From the NCBI RefSeq assembly GCF_030144855.1, contig NC_082730.1, positions 14,942,001 through 15,006,000 on the forward strand: a DNA stretch of 64,000 nucleotides. The letters are read 5' to 3'. The notes under the pieces are model-generated. The model saw nothing but the letters and a program-made list of their open reading frames with translations. It was not told the DNA's origin and ran no database searches. Shown here piece by piece: positions 1 through 10,800 of the stretch (the first letter of the stretch is position 1; each line of letters starts with the position of its first letter). The translations under genes and the position numbers were made by a program. The DNA comes from Hypanus sabinus (Eukaryota).

Positions 1-715
1 CAGACTCAGAGTGATCCACCACTCCTCCAGGTTCGGGGATTTAGCTCAGGACTAATAAACCTGTGTGTTAAAACAAAATGGTTATGGAAACAGGAATGTA
101 GAATCCTTTTACTTCAGTGACTTATGGTATTGCTCCATCTCGATTCGGGATGTGCATGACTGTCAGCAGTGAAGACCAAGAGGAATCTACTGACATGTTG
201 AGGGAAGCCCTGAACAACTCCAGAGATGGAAAACCTGCACTGTTTCCCTCAAGCCCAGTGGTGTAATGGGCAGTAAGTAAGTAAGCATGGAGGATCAGAA
301 ATTATCTGAATGGTGAGACACTTAGGTCAGGGATTAGGAAACATTTCTTCTCCCTGTATTCAAGAAAGGTAGAGTTATTTTTCTCAGAGGTAGACGGATC
401 AAGAGATCTGGGAAACAAAAGACTTGCCTTTTCATTGAAAATGTCCCCTGCATTATCCTGTTGGACAAAAAGTGTACTTGAACCATTATCTCCCTGAATA
501 CTCAAGTACAGCTATGACCACATCTGCAGAGAGTGTTGGGGAACTTGAAGGAGATTTCCGGATGCTGGCTGAGGCTATCTCCCTGTCTGGACCCTTACCT
601 AATTAGACAGAATTTGAGTCTCCTCATTCCAAGACCTTTAACTTCTCCAGATGCATCTCCACAACATCAGTTTCTGAGTATGGGGAAGAATCTAAGGCGT
701 CTGTAAATGTAATTG

Positions 716-900
716 GGTGCACAGTAGAACAGCAATTAGTGATCAGTGATCAGTGATCATGGCCCAATTCCAGCCACTGTCTGCAAGTTGTTTGTAAGTT
801 CTCCCAGTGACTGCAGGTGATTTCTTCGGGTGACGTGATTTCCTTCAGCATTACAGAGACACACAGGTTAGCTTTGGTAAGTCATAGGCAAGCTGTTCTG
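716..900 (+). mobile_element. Decayed tRNA-derived V-SINE (HE1-like); present in every unit
   Basis: GTCTGCAAGTTGTTTGTAAGTTCTCCCAGTGACTGCAGG...TTCTTCGGGTG...TTTCC...ACAGGTTAG resembles the recalled V-SINE core GGAGTTTGTACGTTCTCCCCGTGAC...GGGTGCTCCGGTTTCC. Boundaries are approximate. Confidence 0.7.
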
Positions 901-1151
901 GCACTGGAAGCATGGAACAATTGCAGACTGCCCCCAGCACTTATTTTGTGATGGTCATTGTAAATGATGAATTTCACTGATTGTTCTGATGTACATATAA
1001 CGAAAAAAGGTTATCTTTAATATTTTATTGTGTAGTAAGTATTGATCACTTTTGGTCCACCATGCTCAGGTACCTATTGGTCTAACAATTGTGCTCTTTT
1101 GTTCCTCTAAATACAAAACAGACAAAATTGAATTTTATTTTCTTTTAACAG

Positions 1152-1230
1152 GGAGAATTCATTTCTGTGAAAACACAGTGACAGAATCGATGACAACTGC
1201 ACAAAGAGAAAAAACTACTTCACCTGAAAT
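1152..1230 (+). CDS. Stalk/linker exon, unit 1 (GRIHFCENTVTESMTTAQREKTTSPE)
   Basis: Acceptor ttttcttttaacag|GG and donor GAAAT|gtaaag. Only the phase-1 frame is open; the peptide is Thr/Ser-rich. The donor is moderately weak. Confidence 0.7.
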
Positions 1231-4200
1231 GTAAAGTATAAGATTCTCTCTACAGGTGGTTTCAATGTTACTGCTTGAAAATAGAGCCAGTTGGGAGAAA
1301 AATATGTTTCTCTTTAACTGGTGTTAAACATATTTGACAGGATTAACATTGATGAAATGATGTATTGGAAACTGCGTATTCCTGATTTTCTTGCATATGC
1401 ATCAATCCTGAGATCAAAGATAAATTTCTTTTTCCAAATATTTAAAAATTTAAATAACACAGTTGAAGCTCATGTTTTGATTCATAAAGTGCTTGTTGTG
1501 TGTTAGAACAACTGGCCCATCAGCCTGACACATCCAAATCAACCAAGATGTTCAAGTAGTTCAGCACATTTAATTTTATTTATTTCATACCCTCCTCTGC
1601 CAAGGATTCCCAACCTAGGATCAAGTTGAATCGAGTGAAGACAAGCTTATGGTCATATAACTGTAGAATGCATACCATCAAATGAAACAATGTTTCTCCA
1701 AACAAAGGTGTAACACACATAGCACTTAGTAACATATGAAAGTAAGGATGAAATCTACAATTGGATTACACATAAATAAACAAACAAAGGTGCATAAATT
1801 AAGTATTAAAAGGAACAGGACAGATTAACCAGTGACACTGACTTCATGGACTCCTTAGTTGCACATGGCATAAAAAGTTTGAAAACCCGTGTTCTAAGCC
1901 TTTGTTGCTCATGTATCTGTCAAAATATCTTTCGAATGTTGTAAATGTATCCCCTTCTATGGATTGCTATGGCAGATTGTTGCATACACCTGAAACCCTA
2001 TGTGTATAACATTGCTTCTTAGGTATTTTTCCCAAATAAACGGAAGCCTGCACCTGCTTGCTTTTCCGTACCCACCCCTTGTAAAAAGACAGTGATCATT
2101 CACCTCATCAATGCCCCTCATGATTTTATATACCTCTAATAAATGTCCCGTCAATATTCTAAGCTCCAGGGCAAAAATCACTGTCAATCCAACCCTCCAT
2201 TGTGACTCTAGCCCTCCATCTCAGGAATGTCCTCATGATTTTTCTGCTCCACACTTTCCAGTCTCATGATATCTTTCCAGTAACCTGAAGACCACAACTG
2301 CACAGGCAGGTGGTCTCACTAACAGCTTGTGCAGCCATAACATAACATAATAATCTTGTACAGAGTGCACAAACAAAATAAGTGTTCCAAATGGCTTCTT
2401 CATCATCCTGTCTACCTGTTTCATCACTTTCCGGAAACAATGTCCCTGGATGACTAGATCACTTTTTTGCAACATTCTCCGTAGCTTCCTCCTACTATTT
2501 ACTGTACATGTCTTGAACTGTTTCAACTTGCCAAAATGCAAAACCTCCAATTTGAAAAAGCCCACGGCAATCCACTAACTCTTCCCACCAAGCCAATATT
2601 ATATTCAATTTGTTTGCTCAGCCTGAACATTTGGGTCGTTATCAAAGGCCTTGCTAAGTCTCAGATAGACAACATCCACTGCCCTTTCCTCATGAATCTG
2701 CTCAGTCTGTAATGAGCTCATGTGATTGTCAAACTGCTTGCCCTGGGGCATTCACTGCAGGACTTCTTCTGGGTCTGTTGAAGATGTTCCACAGTCCAGA
2801 TGAGAAAAAATTTTGACATGATATTAGCAACAGTGCAACAATGAATGTGGAAACTGGTGTGGGATTTGGGGGAAGTTGACTTTTGTAGGAGAGCTGGTTT
2901 TAAGCAGATACAGTGTTTCCTTTATTAGATCCTTCAATGGTGAGTGCAGCGAGATCTGTAGATATTAACTCAGCTTCTCCCCATATGCTGATTGGTAAAC
3001 ACAAGTGTTCATACATACATAATTATACTTTTTGGATTTTTTTAATAATTTATATTTTTTATTGATTTTAATGGCTTTCAGTGACTTGGTAAAGCACCCA
3101 ATCTAACTGAAGACCCAACTTCCATTGACATGCTTTCTTGCTCTCCCCTCCTATTGGGCAGATATTACTGAAGTCTGAAAGCATGTACTACAAACTTCAA
3201 GGACAGCTTCTTTCTCACTGTTATAAAACTACCGGATGGTCTCCCATTATAATAAAATGGGCTTTTGATCTTCTAATCTACCTGGGCTTGCACCTCACAA
3301 GAACATCCTTTCTTTTTATTTATTGAAAGATTTGGTCCAGAAAAGGCCATTCTGGCCCTTCAAGCCACACTGCCCCTTTAAAATCATGTTGACTATCCAA
3401 AATCAGATCTTGCCTTTGCATATTCAGGTAGAACCTGTCTCAGAGAATTGCTTCTGGTAATTTACCCACCACAGATCTTTTGCTCACTAGCCTGGAAAGG
3501 GATTAGTTCAGTAATCTGTTGATTCAGAATTTTGGAAACACACTGAGACATCACTGGGCAGTGATAACGATGACTCCAATCAAATAAAAATCGTTACTTG
3601 TTCTGAGGACATGATGAGGGACGATGCTGTTCTCTTTCCAGTCAATGTGGAATTCAATTACATCAATTGACATTGTGGTAGATTCCTTAGAACACATTAT
3701 TTTTGCTTTCTTTATCATTTGTTTTTTTCTGTTTTGCTTCGGATCTAGAGGAACAATGATTTTGTTCTCCTTTACAATTGTGTACAGGAAATGACATTAA
3801 GTAATCTTGAATCTGCTTGTGTAAATTTGATTTTACCCATCCATTTTCAGAAGAATTTCTCCCTCAGTTTCGAGTGATTTATGGGCAGATGATAAAGTAA
3901 GAGGAGTTGTGGGAAGAGCGATCAGAATCGATTGTCACTATGCACCAATGTACCGTTCACACACAAAGTATTTCTGCCACATAAGGAGTCACCAGTGCAC
4001 ATCCTTAGTGAATACAAATGGGCAAACTGAGCAAACTGGAAGAATGACAATCAGAGATAAGACATCCCAAGGAATATTTACTGTTACAATGGAGAATCTT
4101 GTCTTTCAAGATACAGGAGTTTACAGATGTGGAATTTCAACATCTGAAAAGACTCTGGTGATTGATGTGCAGCTACAAGTATATGACGGTAGGTTTCTCA

Positions 4201-4783
4201 TTGATTACCTTTATGTCTCCAGTGAAATGTCTGATGCATATTTGTTCCAGTACGTGCCAGGGAAGCATGGATATCCTGAGGCTCCTCAGCAGTGCAGACG
4301 CTGTGGGGAGTGGGCAAGGGTCGGGGAACCCCACATGTTGTCCGTCCACTGACTGGCCAACAATTTCCACTGGAAGGCTCAGCACACTTTCCTGCCGTCT
4401 TATAGCACGTGGTCCACATCCCTCAAATCCCTCATTTTCATATCCTCGTCCAAAAGCTTCTTAAATATAGTTATGATATCCCTTTCTACCAGCTCATCTG
4501 ACTGTGAGTTCCATGCAGTCAGCACCATCACTGTAAATATAACTCATCTTGCAAACATTCTTTAAACGTTCCACCTATTGCCTTCAAACTATGCTCACTA
4601 TTATTTGATATTTCAACCCAGGGAAAAGATTCTGACCAGCTTCCCTACTGTGACTTCTGTAACTTTATAAACCTCCATCAGGCCTCTCCTCAGCCTACTA
4701 TACTGCCGCAAAATCAATCCAAGTTTATCAAACTTCTCCCTGTAGCTTCAATCCGGGTAACATTTACCCGTCTATTTATTTAT

Positions 4784-4814
<31 letters not shown>

Positions 4815-7800
4815 CCTACCTATCTATCTATCTATCTATCTATCTATTTATTTATTTATCTTTCTATTTATCTATTTCATTTATTCATTGATTAAGATAA
4901 AGCGGGGAATAGACATTTCAAGCACACAGAGCTGTGCCACCCCGTAATCCCCCAAATTAACCCCAGCCTAAACCTCCGACAATCAGCAATGTCCAATTAA
5001 CCTACCAACTTCTCGGTCGTTCGACTGTGGAAGGAAACTGGAGAACCTGAAAGAAACCCACACAAACATAGGGAGAGCATAGAAACTCCTTACACACAGA
5101 AGCAGGAATTAGCATGGGAAAGCCTTGTGCTAACCATTAGACTACAATGCCACCCTTGTGACATTCTGGTGACATCTTTACCATCACTCTTTACCCTCAA
5201 CTCCACATCTTTTCTATTGCATTGCAATCAGATTTACAAATTACTGTGTGTCACATAAGTGCCCTAACCAGGGTCTTTTCGAAATACAAAATGCCTTTTC
5301 AGCTTTAGTTTCCAGTATGGAAAATGAAGAAGGAGAATGTGCTGAATGCTTTCATTACCATTATATCCACGAGGGTGCACTTTCAGTGAGCAATGGACTA
5401 CAACCCCAAGAACACTCCTCATATCAATTCAAAAGGGATCCAGATATTAAATTCCAGGTGATGTAAATCTCCCCAATGCACGAGCAGCATTTGACGCCTC
5501 AGGGCCTCTACTTGCAGGAGCTTAGAAGAATGAGCACAGAAAAGCTGCTGGTTGCGGAGAAGATGTTTCCTAAACTGTGGATCACAAGGACCAGAGGGCA
5601 CAGACTCAGAAACAAAGAGAGATGAGGAGGAATTTATTTTGACAGAGACTGGTGAATCTGTGGAATTCATTGCCGCAGGCAGCTGTAGAGGCCAAATTGT
5701 TGGGTATATTGAAAGCAGAACTCGATAGTTTTCTAGGATAACCACCAATGCTGCCTTTGCGAGTCAGGCTGTTGGATGCCATTCGGACTGTCACCTTGCT
5801 GCTGAGAGAGATTGTTACTCTGATTTTCACGCAGATACATACTCAGTGTCATTACTGCTGTCCTGATCTGGAGACCTGCTGTGTTCAGGGATAATGGCAG
5901 ACAAGGCAGTTCAGTCAGGTACAAGGATGCAGAGACACAGAGAGGTAGAGGAGCTGCTGAGATTCCAGATGTGTGGGTCCTGGTTGAGATACAGAACTGC
6001 TGAAATTTTTAGTATGTTTGATTTTCGTATGTTTTTTGGTTGTTTTCCACAGAACCTGTGTCTGTTCCATTACTTCGATTTTCACCACTAACAAGAGGCT
6101 CAAGTTGTGGGAACTATGTGTCAGCGTTCTGTGAGCCTGTGCATGGATCCCTTCCCATTCAGTACTCATGGTACGAAAAGACCCCATCTGGGGATTCAAA
6201 GATCTCTGATACCAATAAACTGGATCTACATTGTCAATCCTTAAAACACAATAACTATCTGTATTATTGCAATGTCTCAAATGGGAATGGAACAAAGTCC
6301 AGTGAAATGATCAGAATGTCCACCTCCAACAATGTCAGGAACTGCAGATATGTGATTGAAGTCAACAGAATGGGTAAGTAGTGCAGAGTTTGATTCGTTT
6401 TGATGGTCAATGGAGTACAACTGAATGACTGATGTGTACTGGATATTGAATTGTTGGAACACAATATCCAATACACATGGCTTAGATGGTAAGGGGTTCC
6501 TGCTGCTTCGATACGCACCTGTGCCTGGGACTCGCTGCCTTGATTTGGCCCATACCTGTCCTTTACATTCTGGCCCGAAGTTTAAATCAGTCAGACTATC
6601 TCTTCTTCCTCCCTCTCATTCTACCAACTGTTTTGGTCTGATGAAAGATGTTCTTGTTCTGGAAGGAAGCCAGCAAAGGATCAGCAGACTGATTTCTGGG
6701 ATGTCATGAGTGACACAGAACAGAGATGCGGCTGATTAGGTTTTTATTTGCTAGTGTTCAGCAGGCTGAAAGGTGATCTCAGAGAAACCTGCAATATTTT
6801 ACCAGGCTGATACAAGCACAGTTAGGACACTTCCAATACCAGGGAATTCTGGATAGTCAAGAGAATCCCAGCTCCAAGAGGATCACAAACTTGTTCTTAG
6901 ATTTGGAGTCTTGCATGCCTCAATAACCTGTAAATGTATGTTGGCTGGAGTGAGGGCTTTATGCATTGGCTCTTTGTAGGGTCACCCATGCCTAAATAGG
7001 TCAAAGTGTAGAGGCCAGACTCAAAGTGATCCACCACTCCTCCAGGTTCGGGGGTTTAGCTCAGGACTAATAAACCTGTGTGGTAAAACAAAATGGTTAT
7101 GGAAACAGGGATGTAGAATCCTTTTACTTCAGTGATTTATGGTATTGCTCCATCTCGATTCGGGACGTGCATGACTGTCAGCAGTGAAGACCAAGAGGAA
7201 TCTACTGACATGTTGAGGGAAGCCCTGAACAACTCCAGAGATGGAAAACCTGCACTGTTTCCCTCAAGCCCAGTGGTATAATCGGCAGTAAGTAACTAAG
7301 CATGGAGGATTAGAAATTATCTGAATTGTTAGACACTTAAGAAAGGGATTAGGAAACATTTCTTCTCCCAGAATGTGTTGAATCAGTATTCAAGAAAGAT
7401 GGAGTTATTTTTCTCAGAGGTAGACGGATCAAGAGATCTGGGAAACAAAAGACTTGCCTTTTCATTGAAAATGTCCCCTGCATTATCCTGTTGGACAAAA
7501 AGTGTACTTGAACCATTATCTCCCTGAATACTCAAGTACAGCTATGACCACATCTGCAGAGAGTGTTGAGGAACGCAAAGGAGATTTCCGGATGCTGGCT
7601 GAGGCCATCTCCCTGGCTGGACCCTTCCCTAATTAGACAGAATTAGAGTCTCCTCATTCCAAGACCTTTAACTTCTCCAGATGCATCTCCACAACATCAG
7701 TTTCTGAGTATGGGGAAGAATCTAAGGTGTCTGTAAATGTAATTGGGTGCACAGTAGAACAGCAATTAGTGATCAGTGATCATGGCCCAATTCCAGCCAC

Positions 7801-10800
7801 TGTCTGAAAGTTGTTTGTAAGTTCTCCCAGTGACTGCAGGTGTTTTCTTCGGGTGCCGTGATTTGCTCCAGCATTACAGAGACACACAGGTTAGCTTTGG
7901 TAAGTCATAGGCAAGCTGTTCTGGCACTGGAAGCATGGAACACTTGCAGGCTGCCCCCAGCACTTATTTTGTGATGATCATTGTAAATGATGAATTTCAC
8001 TGAGTGTTCTGATGTACATATAGCGAGAAAAGTTTATCTTTAATATTTTAATGTGCATTAAGTATTGAACACCTTTGGACAACCATGCTCAGGTACCTAT
8101 TGGTCTAACAATTGTGCTCTTTTGTTCCTCTAAATACAAAGCAGACAAAATTGAATTTCATTTTCTTTTAACAGGGAAAATTCATTTATGTGAAAACACA
8201 GTGACAGAATCGATGACAACTGCACAAAGAGCAAAAACAACTTCACCTGCAATGTAAAGTATAAGTTCCTCTCTACAGGTGGTTTCAATGTTACTGCTTG
8301 AATATAGAGCCAGTTGGGAGAAAAATATGTTTCTCTTTAAATGGTGTTAAACATAATAGACAGGATTAACGTTGATGAAATGATGTATTGGTAACTGAGT
8401 ATTCCTAATTTTCTTGCATATGCATCAATCCTGAGATCAAAGATAAATTTCTTTTTCCAAATATTTAAAAATTGAAATATTGCAGTTGAAGCTCATGTTC
8501 TGAGTCATAAAGTGCTTGTTGTGTGTTAGAACAACTGGCCCATCAGCCTGACACATCCAAATCAACCAAGATGTTCATGTAGTTCAGCACATTGAATTTT
8601 ATTTATTCCATACCCTCCTCTGCCAGGGATTCCCAACCTAGGATCAAGTTGAGTCGAGTGAAGTCAAGTTTATTGTCATATCACTGTAGAATGCATACCA
8701 TCAAATGAGACAATGTTTCTCCAAACAAAGGTGTAACACACATAGCACATAGTAACATATGAAAGTAAGGATGAAATCTACAATTGGATTACACATAAAT
8801 AAACAAAGGTGCATAAATTAAGTATTAAAAGGAACAGGACAGATTAACCAGTGACACTGACTTCATGGACTCCTTAGTTGCACATGGCATAAAAAGTTTG
8901 AAAACCCGTGTTCTAAGCCTTTGTTGCTCATGTATCTGTCAAAATGTCTTTCGAATGTTGTAAATGTATCCCCTTCTTTGGATTGCTATGGCAGATTGTT
9001 GCATACACCTGAGACCCTATGTGTATAACATTGCTTCTTAGGTACTTACCCAACTAAACGGAAGCCTGCACCTGCTTGCTTTACCATACCCTCCCCTTGT
9101 AAAAAGACAGTGATCATTCACCTTATCGATGCCCCTCATGATTTTATATACCTCTAATAAAGGTCCCGTCAATATTCTAAGCTCCAGGGCAAAAATCACT
9201 GTCAATCCAACCCTCCATTGTGACTCTAGCCCTCCATCTCAGGAATGTCCTCATGATTTTTCTGCTCCACACTTTCCAGTCTCATGATATCTTTCCAGTA
9301 ACCTGAAGACCACAACTGCACAGGCAGGTGGTCTCACTAACAGCTTGTGCAGCCATAACATAACATAATAATCTTGTACAGAGTGCACAAACAAAATAAG
9401 TGTTCCAAATGGCTTCTTCATCATCCTGTCTACCTGTTTCATCACTTTCCGGAAACAATGTCCCTGGATGACTAGATCACTTTTTTGCAACATTCTCCGT
9501 AGCTTCCTCCTACTATTTACTGTACATGTCTTGAACTGTTTCAACTTGCCAAAATGCAAAACCTCCAATTTGAAAAAGCCCACGGCAATCCACTAACTCT
9601 TCCCACCAAGCCAATATTATATTCAATTTGTTTGCTCAGCCTGAACATTTGGGTCGTTATCAAAGGCCTTGCTAAGTCTCAGATAGACAACATCCACTGC
9701 CCTTTCCTCATGAATCTGCTCAGTCTGTAATGAGCTCATGTGATTGTCAAACTGCTTGCCCTGGGGCATTCACTGCAGGACTTCTTCTGGGTCTGTTGAA
9801 GATGTTCCACAGTCCAGATGAGAAAAAATTTTGACATGATATTAGCAACAGTGCAACAATGAATGTGGAAACTGGTGTGGGATTTGGGGGAAGTTGACTT
9901 TTGTAGGAGAGCTGGTTTTAAGCAGATACAGTGTTTCCTTTATTAGATCCTTCAATGGTGAGTGCAGCGAGATCTGTAGATATTAACTCAGCTTCTCCCC
10001 ATATGCTGATTGGTAAACACAAGTGTTCATACATACATAATTATACTTTTTGGATTTTTTTAATAATTTATATTTTTTATTGATTTTAATGGCTTTCAGT
10101 GACTTGGTAAAGCACCCAATCTAACTGAAGACCCAACTTCCATTGACATGCTTTCTTGCTCTCCCCTCCTATTGGGCAGATATTACTGAAGTCTGAAAGC
10201 ATGTACTACAAACTTCAAGGACAGCTTCTTTCTCACTGTTATAAAACTACCGGATGGTCTCCCATTATAATAAAATGGGCTTTTGATCTTCTAATCTACC
10301 TGGGCTTGCACCTCACAAGAACATCCTTTCTTTTTATTTATTGAAAGATTTGGTCCAGAAAAGGCCATTCTGGCCCTTCAAGCCACACTGCCCCTTTAAA
10401 ATCATGTTGACTATCCAAAATCAGATCTTGCCTTTGCATATTCAGGTAGAACCTGTCTCAGAGAATTGCTTCTGGTAATTTACCCACCACAGATCTTTTG
10501 CTCACTAGCCTGGAAAGGGATTAGTTCAGTAATCTGTTGATTCAGAATTTTGGAAACACACTGAGACATCACTGGGCAGTGATAACGATGACTCCAATCA
10601 AATAAAAATCGTTACTTGTTCTGAGGACATGATGAGGGACGATGCTGTTCTCTTTCCAGTCAATGTGGAATTCAATTACATCAATTGACATTGTGGTAGA
10701 TTCCTTAGAACACATTATTTTTGCTTTCTTTATCATTTGTTTTTTTCTGTTTTGCTTCGGATCTAGAGGAACAATGATTTTGTTCTCCTTTACAATTGTG

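Noticed and set aside
1174-1201. RSS-like heptamer CACAGTG (CACTGTG in units 3, 5, 7, 8, 10) in the stalk exon, with ACAACTGCA 12 nt downstream
   Set aside because: The nonamer matches ACAAAAACC at only 5/9 positions. The site lies inside a coding exon rather than flanking V, and the A/T change is a silent Thr codon. There is no support for V(D)J-type rearrangement.
1321-1506. ORF or phase-2 acceptor at 1341 as a possible TM exon
   Set aside because: It has no long hydrophobic stretch, and the frame is broken by a stop in unit 2, a 14-nt deletion in unit 3 and changes in unit 5.
3851-4188. Rearranging Ig/TCR V gene segments
   Set aside because: There is no 3' RSS and no WYRQ-type motif. The exon includes its own G strand and a splice donor, and it has the CD300/pIgR four-Cys pattern.
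4189-4352. 54-codon read-through of the V ORF with an ITIM-like IDYLYV
   Set aside because: It begins at a consensus gtaggt donor, has no preceding TM segment, and ends just before a CR1 relic. Its openness in all units is uninformative at this level of identity.
5248-5466. Acidic 72-aa ORF (MENEEGECAEC...)
   Set aside because: It starts at GTG, is disrupted in unit 2, is deleted in unit 7 and has no recognisable motif.
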